DNA of 64,000 nt from Bigelowiella natans CCMP2755 (GCA_000320545.1 ADNK01002058.1:1-64000); one strand, 5' to 3'. Counted from the stretch's first letter, positions 40,383 through 53,447 are shown. Translations and numbers: made by a program. The notes: generated by a model not told the origin, from the letters alone.

Positions 40383-41455
40383 CTCACCATGCCTCTAGAC
40401 GTGATCGTGTTCACTGCATTGCCTGCACATCACGTCACGCATTGCACGATGCATCCATCACGCACAGCCATGCGCACGCTAGCATGTCTAGATGTCATGC
40501 CAGCACGACGCATTGCTGCATTGAGGAATGTGATGATGTGATTCACAGTGACTGTGCTAGCCAGCTGATGCATTGCTGCACACGTGCACTCCATTTCTGG
40601 ATTTGTGCAGCATCCACAACGAATGAATGAGTGGAGCAGTCCCACAGGAGCGGTTGCAGGATCACAGGTCACGCCAACTCATCTGCGCGTGACCTGCTGC
40701 TCAATCACTGGACGATGAACAATGAACTTGATGATGGACTGGATCCCCAGATTGCAACAAGATGTGGTCTAGTGGTCCACGTCATCGAGTTTTTTTCTTT
40801 CTTTCCCAGGCTGTGGAGGAGCATCGACTCTTCCGAACACCGAAAAGAAGAAATGAGAAAGAAAGAAACTTTGTTGATCGACTACATTTCAAAAGTGTTG
40901 CATGACACTTGCAAAGCACGAAAATGAATCGCAGTGCCTCGAGCTGAAGACCACGAGGACTCACTGCTAGACTGGTGTGTGTGTGTGAAAACCATCACGA
41001 TGCAAAATTGGCGTGCATGAGACGACATCGAGATGTCAGGAGATGGAAACAGCTCGAGACACAGGAACACCAGAAAACGCAGTGGACCATCCAACTGCGA
41101 CAATGACTTCTGGAGACACTTCGGGACAGTTCTGGAATGTTCCCGAACTGCTGTTCTCCAGTTCCAAAACACAGAAGGTTTGTTTGGTGCGACACCGTGA
41201 TTCGAATTCTGTGAACGAAAATCAACCGGACATTCACTCCCGAAACAACCGAGATTCATCCCGAGGTGTGTCTGGAAATGCTCAAAGAGAAGCCGGAAGG
41301 CATCCCGAAAGACCCGACCGAGCAGAAGACTGTGCAGTGAATATTCCTCCACTCTGCCGTCACCATCATCAAAACTCAAACTCCCAAACGATCGACTGAC
41401 AGCAACTTGAGAACGATGATGATGTTCCACAACCACTTTCATCCTGCAGCAGCAG
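40383..41455. other. TpA-depleted, TG/CA-rich intergenic tract 3 (includes the HSP20 promoter)
   Basis: By-eye count: 8 TA in about 1070 nt (6 CTAG, 1 CTAC, 1 in GAATATTC); CpG is retained. Confidence 0.85.
41129..41148. promoter_or_regulatory. Heat-shock element: four alternating nTTCn/nGAAn units upstream of HSP20
   Basis: gTTCtgGAAtgTTCccGAAc, about 270 nt upstream of the HSP20 ATG. Partial units at 41107-41127 and tGAAtaTTCc at about 41338. Confidence 0.8.
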
Positions 41456-42114
41456 CTACATCCCTTCTGCGGCCAGGATTCAGACGAACCTTCGACCACG
41501 CCTTCCCCGACCTTCGCGATTTCTACAGTGCTGCTGAGCTCGAAGAAGCTTTCGAATCAATGTCTCGTGACATGAGGAGACACGAGCAGCTCCTGACCAG
41601 GTCTCCAATGACTGGATCCCCAAGAAAGAGACAGAAGACAGTAGAAATCCCAATAGCTAAAGAATCGGCATCTGACGCTAAGAGAGTGACTGATGCAAAC
41701 AACGAGGGGGGGAAAGTGTCAACTGATGCAACGGCAGACAAATCAGTCGCCAGGAATGAAGGATTCAAAGACATATTCTCAAACGAATCCTCAGATGATT
41801 GGTTTACCGGATTGCCCTCATCCTCCTCTCTGCTACAAAGAAACGAGGAAGCCGATCAATACACTTTCACATTGGACAAAGCCATTGGAGACATCAAGTG
41901 CTCGGTGAGGGATAACAACCTTTACATCAAAGGGGAAAAAGAGGAAAATTACGATAACGGTTACTACAAAGAGAGTTTCACTCGATCTTTCTCCCTCCCC
42001 CCGAACATAGAGACTGATGAGGCGAAGGCAGAACTTGTCGACGGCAAACTGAGCATAAATATCCCAAAGTCCATTCCCTCCAAGATGGAGAAGGAGGAGA
42101 CTACCAGAACATAA
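41416..42114 (+). CDS. Small heat-shock protein (HSP20 / alpha-crystallin domain), intronless
   Basis: DIKCSVRDNNLYIKGEK...SFTRSFSLPPNIETDEAKAELVDGKLSINIPK; single exon; upstream HSE. Confidence 0.93.
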   Translation: MMMFHNHFHPAAAATSLLRPGFRRTFDHAFPDLRDFYSAAELEEAFESMSRDMRRHEQLLTRSPMTGSPRKRQKTVEIPIAKESASDAKRVTDANNEGGKVSTDATADKSVARNEGFKDIFSNESSDDWFTGLPSSSSLLQRNEEADQYTFTLDKAIGDIKCSVRDNNLYIKGEKEENYDNGYYKESFTRSFSLPPNIETDEAKAELVDGKLSINIPKSIPSKMEKEETTRT

Positions 42115-42474
42115 CGTGTTAAGGGATATGTACATTAGGGTGATTATTGATAAAATTTAGTCTTTTCATTACACCCGTCGTCTCATGTAGACATGCAAAT
42201 AATCAATATTCTATTTAGCATTCATGTATTTGCAGATGGTGAATAGCGCATACTAATTGTTCAGATATTTCCATGTTGCTGCCGCGTGAGCTTTCATTGT
42301 GCAACCACATCTCTTGTGATGTGCGCATGCGTGTCTGTAGTGCGCTATGCATTGCCGAATTTTAAATAGCTATGACGAAGATTAAAACTTGATCTTGCAT
42401 CTCATCGTGCACATGCATTCTTGTGTTTTGCGTGTGCTTGCTGATCAATGCTGCTTAGAATCATGGAAATGATT

Positions 42475-43893
42475 CTACTTCCTACAAGATTTTTTTTTGG
42501 GTTGGTAAGTCTTCGTCCTTTTCTCCTCCACCGGCCCCGGCGGCGGCTGCTTATACTTCTTGCCCTGGTTTCGAACCGAGAGCTTCTTCAGCCTTCCTTG
42601 ATAATGAGATGGAGCTGCGAAGAGGAATCTGTTCCATCTTTGCTGTCGCTGTAACTGTTGAATGCTCGCCCCTTGCGGCTGCCTTCTGTAGTCCTCGCCG
42701 AGGAGGCTTCTACGCTCGAAGAAATCATTGGGGGGGGGGGGGGGCAGGAACAAATGGACAACAGATACGACGATGACGTTATATTTCACATGTTAGTTGT
42801 GTTTGCGTGAAAACATGAGAGCCAAACTCGCTGTCGCATACTGAATGCTGACCTTCCATACTTCGGGGGCCTTCCACGACGCCTATGTTTCACTCTAGCG
42901 ACCGAGTCACCCCATATCTGCGACAACATATCGAAGGGGGGGTTGGTGAGGAAGGGACGGGGGGCAGAAGCAAAGCACGATGATCATGATATTTGTGCAA
43001 CATCATCTAGAGCGATGTTGATTTTGTAAAAAATGAAGAGCATGGTTTTTAATTCTGGGACAGAGCAAGGAGGCCGATCGTCGCACGATAGTAGAGAGCC
43101 TCCTCCGCTCAATCCAAAGCCATCCGAAATTGGTATTCAAATGTTGATTCAGATACGACTGATCTATCGTTCTTATGTTCTCTTACTTCAGAGACTCGAT
43201 GTCTCCTAAGGGCCAAGCAGGGCTGATTTTCCGCCTCAAGATCGCATGCCTTTTGGGAGAGGACGCGGTGCATCGTGGCGCTCTTTTGGATTCCCATGCC
43301 TTAACACGCACATTATACATTACAAATCCGTGGTGTCATTTGCGTAATATTTAAAAAGAGGAAAGAAGAAGGGGGCAGGGGGGGGAGGGGGGGGGGCTGG
43401 ATGAGACGGAGTAACTAAATATCAAATGGCCACGACGCTGATATAGGAAAAATCGATGATTCGAATTATTTCCCTCCTATACTCCGCTAGAGCATGTAAC
43501 ACAGATAAAATTTAGGCCATTCCTCCCCATCAAGACCAAGAGGCCATCATTAATGTTTTCCGATTTACGGAGTTTGAATACTTCCTCCCCCATTACATCA
43601 TCTATGGCAGTAGTACCGACACGATAGCACTGGGCAAGGAAATTCGTTGCATCTATGCTTAAGTTTCCCGCAGCCCTGTTGTTTGAGTAACAAATGTGAG
43701 CAAAAGAACATTCTTTAGAGACAGTGGATGCACGTGGGGAGGGAGGGGGGGTAGGAGAGTACTATTACTACTACTACATCAACTGCGTGGCTGCTACCGT
43801 TTACAAAGATCATAGATGGAACAACATCCCAAACACATCATGATCATATTCCCAACTAAAGCTGTGGAAGTGTGTTGGCGCGCACACAGGCAA

Positions 43894-43940
<47 letters not shown>

Positions 43941-44888
43941 ACACGCACACATACACGCACACACGCACACTCTTCTCCTCCTCTCCCTCCCCCCCCCCCA
44001 TCTCTTAAAGTTCTTTTTCCTACTTTGTGAAAAGAATAACTCCCAATTGCGGATCCGCTTCCTCTCCGAACTCCTTAAACAGGCCCAAGCACTTAACAGC
44101 CCCGAGCCATACCAACGCCTATCATCATCGTTGACGTCGTCGGCAGCATGTTAGATGGAGTGGAAAAACAAGCAAAAAACAAGGAAGGAGAACCATAATA
44201 AAAGAGAATAGCGCTATTGCGGATTTGGGAAAATGCCATGATATCCTGCCCCCCCCCCGATCGAAACCCGTGAGTATCATGGATATTCTACCAAATCAGC
44301 AGGAAATCGAATCATTAAAGCTTACCCTTGTATTGGCGATCTTTGCGGCTTCTCGGAGGTAGTGCATTGCGGTCGGGATGTTGCGCGAGATAGGTTCAAT
44401 GCCCTTTCAGCAGCAGCAACAACGACAATAACGACAAAATGAAATCGCCCGGAGAAGTACACTTTCAGTCAATACAACCAAGAAGGTCGTCATTAGCACA
44501 TTTTCGCGGGAAAAAAGAAGAGCGACAAGCTGATGCGAGCGTGATTTTGGATGGGGACGGCGACTACGATGGCGACGAGGCACTACATAGTAGTACCTCT
44601 CTATACATCTCATAGAGCGCGCACATTGCTCTCGGGTCTCGGACCATATTCGCCCTGAGCCATTGTCGGCAGGAGGAGGAGGAGGAGGAGGAGGAGGAGG
44701 AGGAGGAATGATGGATGATGATGATGGTTTTGATGGAATGGTGATAAAAATGATAAGGATGGGGAAGAAAGAAGGAAATGGAGGAGGAGGAGGAGGAGGA
44801 GGAGGAGGAGGAGGACCTTTGTAGAAGGAAATCGACTTGGGAATGGTTCTCCGAATGTAGTGTATGTTGGGCATGCTGTTGTCCCGTC

Positions 44889-44925
<37 letters not shown>

Positions 44926-46463
44926 TACAAATCATTAATATAAAGATGTGTGTGTATGGCCCTGTGTGCACGTTTTTAGCACAATAGCAAGCCGTACATC
45001 ATGATATTGCACCATCATCTTCGTAGATAAAATATCTATTCTGGAATTTATAAACTGTGCTCTATTTGTAGAAATTCAATCCTTCTCTTTATCGTCATCC
45101 TTACAGGGGGAAAGGAGGCGTAGCAGTACGCACACTGCTGGGGGGGGGCCGAAACGTGGCTCTGGAACGAACAAATACTTAGAAATTCTAAGTGCAATTA
45201 AAGGCATCACTACAGCTTCATTGCCACCTCCCCACCATCAGCACTGACCACACACACACACACGCCCTCTCCTCCCCCTTCTCATCGAACACTTAAAATG
45301 CTGTAGTAATTCAAAACCCCATAATATCGGAAAGGAACACCACCATCGCGTGCCGCATATATCCTGCCTTTTCCAGGTAATTTTTCCCGCACAAAGAACA
45401 ATTGAAGACAGGGTATCTAAGGAGGAGGAAGAGGAAGAGGAGGAGGAGGAGGAGGAGGAGGAGGAGGAATTATCAAATAGTCACAATTTATCGCCGTCCT
45501 CCCTCCCCTCCTTAGCATGGAAGATACCCTGTATGTAGCTTGCAATGCCGTATCAGGCTCGATCGAACGTTAAATCTCCTATTGCACCTGACGGAAGAGG
45601 AGCCGTCCTTATCAGGAGGATGCAGTCTTTTCTAATTTCAATGACAGTGAAGGTGATTAGTAGCTGTTTCAGTGCTATTCGCTACATTGAGCATCGATAG
45701 GGTTGCACGCCAGTGTGTACGCGCATATGCCTGTTGATGGATATAATAACTGTTTTAGTTCAATATGCCTGAATAGAGGGGAAATTTCCATGACGAGCGT
45801 TGTTTTGACAAAATCAAATACACAACATGATGAGGAGGGGCACACACCGATTGAGCGCCTCTTTCTGGGTGAATGCTTTCGAACAGTTCTGAGTAAATGG
45901 AGGAGGAAGAGAAGCGGAAGAAATTCACGCCAAACATACAACACACATACACTTACACACACACAGACAGATTCGTCGTTCAGCGTCGCTGAAGTATATG
46001 GCCTCTACAAAAAGAATGGAGGCAACCCCACGTATACACTCACAACACAGATACGCACATTGCACTTGAACGGTCTTTCTTTGGTATGCGTCCGCTGGTG
46101 GACAATGAGGTAAGAGCTGTGAGCAAATAAACGACCGCATACTCTGCACTCATAGGGCCGCGATCCTGTGTGACCTCGGCGATGAGCCTGCAAAGCAACT
46201 TGCTGGACGAATCTTCTCTCGCATAAGTCGCACTTATATCTGCGCCACCGCAAGGCGACGAGGGAGCAGCAGCAAGAGGAATGGCGATTTTGAAAAGAGC
46301 AGGTGTAGGAGAAGGGGGGGGGGAGAAGCAATTAGGCTTCGATGTATTCCACAATAAATCATTAGCATTTTGTAATATTTTGGAGTCTTACGGCTTCCAT
46401 TCTGCTTCTGATTTCCGATTGCTTTCTATAGCTTCTCTTGCTTCGCGCTCGTTAAACCTGTGG

Positions 46464-46498
<35 letters not shown>

Positions 46499-46523
46499 AG
46501 AGAGAGACAGAGAGAGAGAGACA

Positions 46524-46555
<32 letters not shown>

Positions 46556-46934
46556 TCTGCCATCACATTCCGATCCATCTGTTACTTTTTGGTCAACGGC
46601 TTACTGACGTCGTCGAGAAGTTTTCTGAAGCGATAATGGTATTGATACAGAGTCTCGGCTTCGCGTTGCTACTAGCCTTCTTCTCTCTATCGATTGCTTT
46701 GGGAAAGCCAGCAGCAGCAGCGCGCGGCGAATAGTTGAGGGTCCGGCATGCCGGACTCGCTGCTTCGGCTGCAACAATAGGCCCCCTGGGAGGATAAGAA
46801 GCTCTTAAGCTATCAGATGAATCGTTGAAAAACGTGTAAAGAATGCCAGGTAGCAGGGAGAGCAACAGGCCTCGCCTTCTCCAGGCGCTGCTTGCTCTCC
46901 CCGAATGCCCCCCCGCCCTGGCAGGCAGAAGCAT
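42475..46934 (-). CDS. C2H2 zinc-finger array (5 fingers + 1 degenerate) + Sel1-like repeats + AT-hook, with a hydrophobic signal/transit-like leader
   Basis: Fingers CDLC..HRRGH-TGSRPYE, CRVC..HQRTH-TKERPFK, CNNC..HMRVH-TGVQPYR, CSMC..HCKLH-TG, CSLC..HAMSH. In-phase splicing leads to AMCALYEMYRE|GIEPISRNIPTAMHYLREAAK, AVKCLGLFKEFG and ATNFLAQCYRVGMGIQKS (Sel1-like), then RRRGRPPK (AT-hook). The terminal exon is uncertain. Confidence 0.75.
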
Positions 46935-47273
46935 CCGGAGGAGGAGGAGGTCTGGCTCAACGCTGCACAATCGCACAGTGCTGTTATAAGTCAAACCTCG
47001 CTTAATTTTTGGCCTAAATCAAGATACGTCGAGAACAAGAAAAGCAACCGCCAACCCGGCCGCAGATGGTCAAACCGATCACGTCCGGCCGCTTTATTAT
47101 TGTTCTGGATTTGTTGCCTTATTGGATTGACTATTTGGAACGGAATTCAAGCCTGCGACATCTAATTATAGCAGTCGCTCTTTATATTTCGAACCGCCAG
47201 TCGGTGCTTGTCGACCATTATGGAACCCGCGGCTCGGGAGGAGGCCGGGGATGTGTGATGAGCCATAAGAGGA

Positions 47274-49018
47274 ATGAGCGCCGATTCAAGAGCAAAGCTC
47301 GAAAAGCAGCAGCTGATCGATGACGGTTTCCTGATCATCAGGGGCCTTATTCCCCGGAAAATCGTTGATAACGCTGTTCGTGCGATAAATTCGAAGCTCG
47401 TAACCGATCATGTACCATGAGTAAACGAAATCTATGCGGAGAAGAGCTTATATACCGTTCTGTTTCTTAGAGCCATCAAACGTTGGCCTCGGGACATGAA
47501 GACCCCGTCACAGATCTATGGTAGCTGATCGGTAGATTCGTTCTCCGTGCTTCTCATATTTGTTATTGAATTGACTCATATAGGAACAAGACACCGCTGC
47601 CTTCGAGAGTAAATGTAATGCAGTAGACGACAACCACTTACCACGGGAACTACCTCACGTTTATATTATCAGGATTTTACTGGACCTTTGAAGCAAGATC
47701 CCTGGCCTTTCAAACACGCCCAGGTACTCTCAGGCAACATTATTTTGCATTGTAATCGTAAGCGAATGTCGGTTTCAGATCGCGCTGGTAGCTCCGGGAA
47801 GTGGTTGCGGGAAAACCCCAGACGAAAAGCACTCTAACTTCGTACCATGGAAGGTGCCTTGCTTTGTTTGCTAAACTGGTCCGCTTTGGGCTTCAAGGCC
47901 GTACCCCCCCGCCCGCCCCCCCCCCGGTCAACACCCTGCTTTGATATAATGCAGGGTTGGGAAAACGGCTGGCACATTGACGGACTTGCTGATCCACACA
48001 ACGCCTTCACTCCAAAGGTTGTGCATATAATGATCGCAGGAATCGTAGGAAATTCTCCATGACTTGAAATCGACGTACAATGGGTAGGGAGAGATACATG
48101 GATTTACTGCTCTGGTTGGAGTTCTCTTGTCGGATGTTAACGAGCCGCTAAGGTTGCAAGGACTACCCACCTTTGCGAATCGATCAAAAACGAATGAAAT
48201 TAAGGGAATTTATTGTATGCAGTGGAGAATTCGTCGTCTACCCTGGCTCGCACTATAACTTGGCACGTATTTATGGACGAGACCCCACCAACCTAACCTT
48301 GATGAGGAAGGAGGTCAATACTTGATTTCGTGTGGTCGCTTTGACACATCTCGGCAGGTGCTTTACGGACATCCCTGCTTTCCATTTAGGGTACAAAATC
48401 TCTCGAAATAGCTAAAAAGGAGCAACAAAGTGATGACTCTAAACGGGGGGGGAACAGCAAATGGCCGGCACCCGTTCACTTCACGGGCAAGGCTGGAGAC
48501 GTTATTATCTGCAATTTCCTGCTGGCTCATAACGTAGCGCCCAACCGATCTCCAAATATTCGGTACTCTGTCGTATCAAAACTTAAATAATACGGCATGA
48601 TCTTCCAACTTCCAATGTTTTGTTGTCTGGCAGATACGCCGTCTACTTTCGCCTCCATAGCACGTTATTCCCAGAGGGGAAGTTTTGGTGGAAGTGCTTC
48701 CGTCCTGTGGCAATGGCCCTCCCTTGGCACGATTGGGGTGGGCTTCGAGATGTTTCGTGCCCAGCAAGGCAGGCAGGAAGGCCTCAAAAAGATTGTAGGT
48801 GCTTGGAAGATATTAGAGAACAAGAAAAGCTAAGTATTGGCTGCGGAGCAGATGCGAAGCAGCACGCCTATTCGAAGGCTAATCACAATAAAATAACTGC
48901 AGCTACAGCGATTAGCATGTTTCCCAACTTGGCCTCCGATTTGGTAGAGGCTGTTGTCGTTGCCCATGAAGGAGATGCGAATCTCGTGATAGCTGAGCTG
49001 CTGAAGATGAAATTATAG
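47274..49018 (+). CDS. PhyH-like Fe(II)/2-oxoglutarate dioxygenase with a C-terminal CUE-like domain
   Basis: QQLIDDGFLIIRGLIP, AQIAL, WHIDG (HxD), FTALVGVLLSDV, GEFVVYPGSH, GKAGDVIICNFLLAHNVAPNRSPNIRYAVYFR. C-terminal SMFPNLASDLVEAVVVAHEGDANLVIAELLKM. Confidence 0.8.
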
Positions 49019-49745
49019 TACCAAACTGTTCTACATGCTATATCAGCTTCTCAGTGGACTCCTAGCTAATTTGCAAGTCGATCGCTTGTGAATCGTCCTA
49101 TGATTTCTGGCCACACTCAAGAACCTTTTAATATCCTCGCAAACAATCGGTGACATATAGTCCATTACGAAGCGCGGTGCATCGCCATGAGTTTTCACGA
49201 ACACAGTTTTTATGCATGCTCGCAATACTCATTGACTGCTCGATTCGCTGCGCTGGTGTTGCTACATCGATCGAGCGGCCAGTCATATTGTGGAGCATCT
49301 TTTGGCACGTTTGTGTAGCTTTGCATGAGACTAGTGTCATTTGCAATGCCGTACGTACAAGCTAGCACAGTGCGCAGCATTGTGCAATGTCATTATTTAG
49401 CTTCATAGCGACACGGAGGTCAAGCAATATCTTACATACATGGTCGCGTTTGTTGTTGCTATTTTACACGCTCACCGATATATAGTTTCGTGTATTGTAC
49501 TGCAAATAGAAGCGAGCGAATCATTTAGCGGCATGTGAGAGAAGGGGGCTGCGGTAAGATGCATGCGCAGCTACCGCGAGCGTAGCCAACAATCAGCCCT
49601 GATCTCGTAAATCACAAGAATCACGCAAGTACACCTAGAAAGACGTGTGATATGACACACTCTGCTGTTATTACACAGTATGGATGAAATTATGTTGGTG
49701 CTCGGAAGTTAATAGCATTTGTTTCGGATTTACATCGTCTAGTTA

Positions 49746-50671
49746 TTAGCATGGAGGCAAAGTTCCTTTAAACCTATCCCCATCGCACATTAAGCTCTCT
49801 ACTATCTTTGGAGTCTTTCTGGGGGTGGAGAGCTCAGTGCTTGAGGTTTTCATGAACTTGGAAGAATGAGTTGGTTGCTCATTCCCCAAGTCCTCTGGAC
49901 CAGGACTATATCTCTTCAGTGGAGATTTAAAGAATGCTGGTTTGTTTCGAGCAGCTTCTGACATCTTTGTTTCCGATTCTTTTCCACGCTGGAAATGTCC
50001 TATTATTGAGCCCTGATGCTTCGCAGAGTGGCCGCTCTCGACTTGCTCAATGAAAGCACGAAGCTTTGCCAAGTCGTACCTAGTTCCATAGAGGAGGAGA
50101 TGAATATCGTAGCCTCCCTCTCTGCGTGATACATCATAGATTTGTCATATCTGATATAGCGCCGACATACACCACCTCTTCGCAATGCTTCTCGCTGATC
50201 GTGTCCTCACTTTGCCGTAGATATTCGATTCCTTGATACAACAAACACACATTTCTCGGTGACGGCTGAGAGAAGATGGTTGTGGCTCTAGGAAATATGG
50301 AAAAATATGAGCTTCCTTGACAGAACGTATGATGATAATAATAATAATACTAACAATAATAATAATGATGATAATGATAATAATGATGATGTGATGTGAT
50401 GATGAAAACGGTACAGATTTTGGTCCGTCAGCCCATCCAAGGCACCAAAGCAAACCCGCATAAGATGGGGGGGAAAGGCCTATTTGAAGCAGGATAGTGT
50501 TATGGCTTGTAGAGGATCAATCGTATCACCTACTCATCAAGATATCTATGTGCCACCGCAGTTGCACTCAACGGCATGTATTCTGTGCAGCAGCTCTCTG
50601 GTGTCGACAATGAGCTCCTCCCCTCCTTATCGTCAATGGGATTTGGAAGAAATTGTTGTACTACTCCCTCT

Positions 50672-50724
<53 letters not shown>

Positions 50725-53098
50725 AAGAGAGAGAGAGAGAGATAGAGAGAGTGTGTAGAGAGAGAGCGAGAGAGGGGGACGGAAGGGGGGGGGAAGCACG
50801 CATTTGATACCGTCTAAAGCATAATGATCATTGAGGTGTTTCAAGGCCGTATAAGCTTCATCCGGGCCAGCAGTCCATCTCACGACCTCCTTTCCCCTGC
50901 ATCATCATACACGCGCCTCACGTAAGTAAGCTAAAAACTGATGATCATGATGGCAGTGGAGAGAGAAGCTAGCGGAGATGGTGAGGACGAAAAACATCCT
51001 GTCGCTGATATAAGTTCTTGCATGCATCGGCTACCACGTCATCCTTAAATTGTTGTGCAGCTCGCCATTGCGATTGAGACTCTGTTGGCACAAGTCCCAC
51101 AACTCAACACCTATGTGCGACAAGAGAGGAGAAGGAAGAGAAGAAAGAAGAGGGAGGAGGAGCAGGAAAATCGGTGTGAATTTGCTTGGTATGCTCAGAA
51201 GACCTGTATTCTGCCCCATCCATAGTAGTTAACTCTTGCTTCTACATTCAGCAACACGACACATCCCACCTGTCTGAGCACTGCACAGCTGTTCGAGAGA
51301 CAAGAGACTTCTGGAGTCATTTTTGTGCTTAGTGAGGGTATCATATGCCCACTTTGGCAGAGCCTGGAGGTAAACAAACACCAGCAAACAAAGCAGCAGC
51401 AAAACGAAAGAATATACTGATTATTTCCCAACGTGCACGTATCTGATATCGATTTGTGGTATGATCATGACCACGCAGCATCGATACAGGCCACTGAGCA
51501 CGACTACCTTCTTGGCGTCGAGATGGTTGGGATTATGGTAGCACATTGCGTATGCTAGTTCGCGCCAAGTTCCATATTCATCGTAGAATTTACCAGGACC
51601 TTACATAGAACAAGATAAACGAGCAGAGGAGTGTTCAGAGACTAAGGGGATGCTGCATATTGTTATAACTTTCTGGCTACAGCGGCTTCTATCCTACGAT
51701 GCACAAACTTGGTTCACTACTACCAGATTTGAAGTATGAATTCTTCTTCAAAGCTTCTGCGACGTCTCTTCCAACTCGGAAGGGAGAAATAATACCCAGG
51801 TTCAGGTAAGGCGACATTCTGGAAACGCCTGGGTAGTTTGAGCAACAACAACAACAACAACAACAACAACAAAAGCTTATCCGTGATTGTGTCGAAGTAT
51901 CGTTGGTTAGAAAAAGGGTTGAGGGGAATATCTATCTACCTTGAGAGTGGTGTAAAAGCGGGTTGTTTCGCTTGCTGGAATAGCTCGAGAGCCCTTTTCT
52001 CAAGAATCCGCTCCATCGTGCTAGTGCTGCGCGTGATCCACCTGATGAGGAAGGAAGAGTTCATTGCTAGGATCATCAAATTGACATATGACATCATCCT
52101 CATACTCATGATTATCATGCCGTCATCACTATCGTCACGTTTAAACCTCGATAAGGCAAACTTAGCAAGCCTCCCCTCATCCTCGCCCACAAGGTGCATT
52201 ATTATTTTGCCCCCCCCGCCTCACCTTTTGTGTTTGAAACAGGCTTCACGTTGAAGTCCACTTGGGAATCCTGGAGAAGATTTCTAGTAGACATGTTCTC
52301 TAGCTCATTATGCTTAAAAGGCATCGTAGCCAAAATCTCCTTCCCATGCGTACCATTTAATCGGAATTTGGGATCTAGGTCCGGAGGGTGTGGGTAAGCT
52401 TGCGCTAACCGAGACTTCCTGGCAGCTTCCGTGTTCTTACGAAATCGGAACGCTCTGCCACAGTCCGAAGGCTTTGTGAGGCGGGCAGGCAATATACACG
52501 ACGTGTCTACAGTGATGAGTGGCTTGTTCTTAACGCACGTATACAATTGCATGAATACGCCGAGATGCGGGTGCACAAACGGTTCGTCCGTAACAATTGC
52601 CACGGCTCTACTCGCGAGGGTGAGGTGCCATTGCTGCCTGGACCCTGGCTTCATCATTTGAAATGTGCACGGAATTCCGCGGCTCTTCAGAGTGGATTGG
52701 TACTCTCGCACAGAGTCGAGAACGAAGTGGGCTCGCCTGGACGTTGCATGTGCAGATTTGTCGTTGAAGAAAGAGTGTACCACAAGTGCAACATCGAATC
52801 GACGGCTCATATGGAGGGCGACATCGAGAGCAGGATTTTCATCCGCTCTAAGCGCAACTGTGCTAAGGTATAGCACGAAAGCTGCCGATGAGCTTGCGTT
52901 TGGCTTGCTCGCGCTCTTATCGATCCGAACGGGGCCGTTCCTGCGCACTACGCACCGTTCCTGGAGGAAGCTGGGTAGCTTCAGCTCCCCAATCACTGAA
53001 TTCATGTATTGTTGTTTCGACCAGTGTCGATGGGGAGGCTTCCGAGGGGGAATTGCCCGTCGCTCCGGATTGTGAGACGTGTGGTGGACGATGATCAC
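49746..53098 (-). CDS. Class II CPD photolyase-like protein (start uncertain; first in-frame ATG at 53005)
   Basis: VLYLSTVALRADENPALDVA, IVTDEPF, VDTSCILP, VSRMSPYLNLG, FYDEYGTWRELAY, TGVELWDLCQQSLNRNGELHNNLRMTW, LNDHYALDG, SYAGLLWCLG, IYGKVR. Confidence 0.85.
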
Positions 53099-53447
53099 CT
53101 GCAGACATGTATCTGCGACAACGATATTTAGGTTGTCGCATCAAATAAAATACTTCAATTCAGGGGCAATGATCAGTTCCTGCTTATACATACTGCGACA
53201 ATGAATAATGTTGTCGTACCAGATAAGACGCCTATGTTCAACGGCTGAACAACTGCGTTTCGACAGCGGGGAACAGAGCACCTTCGTGGATACTCGGATC
53301 AGAACCAGGCGAGGGTGACTGAGGCGGGGGGCGAGCGGAGAAAGGAGAGAGGAGGAGGAGGAGGAAGTAGATGAATAGGAAGAAGCGTGAAGTAAATGTT
53401 GTAATCTGTTCAGATTCTCTAATGACAGTCTCTTTACTTGCAGACAA

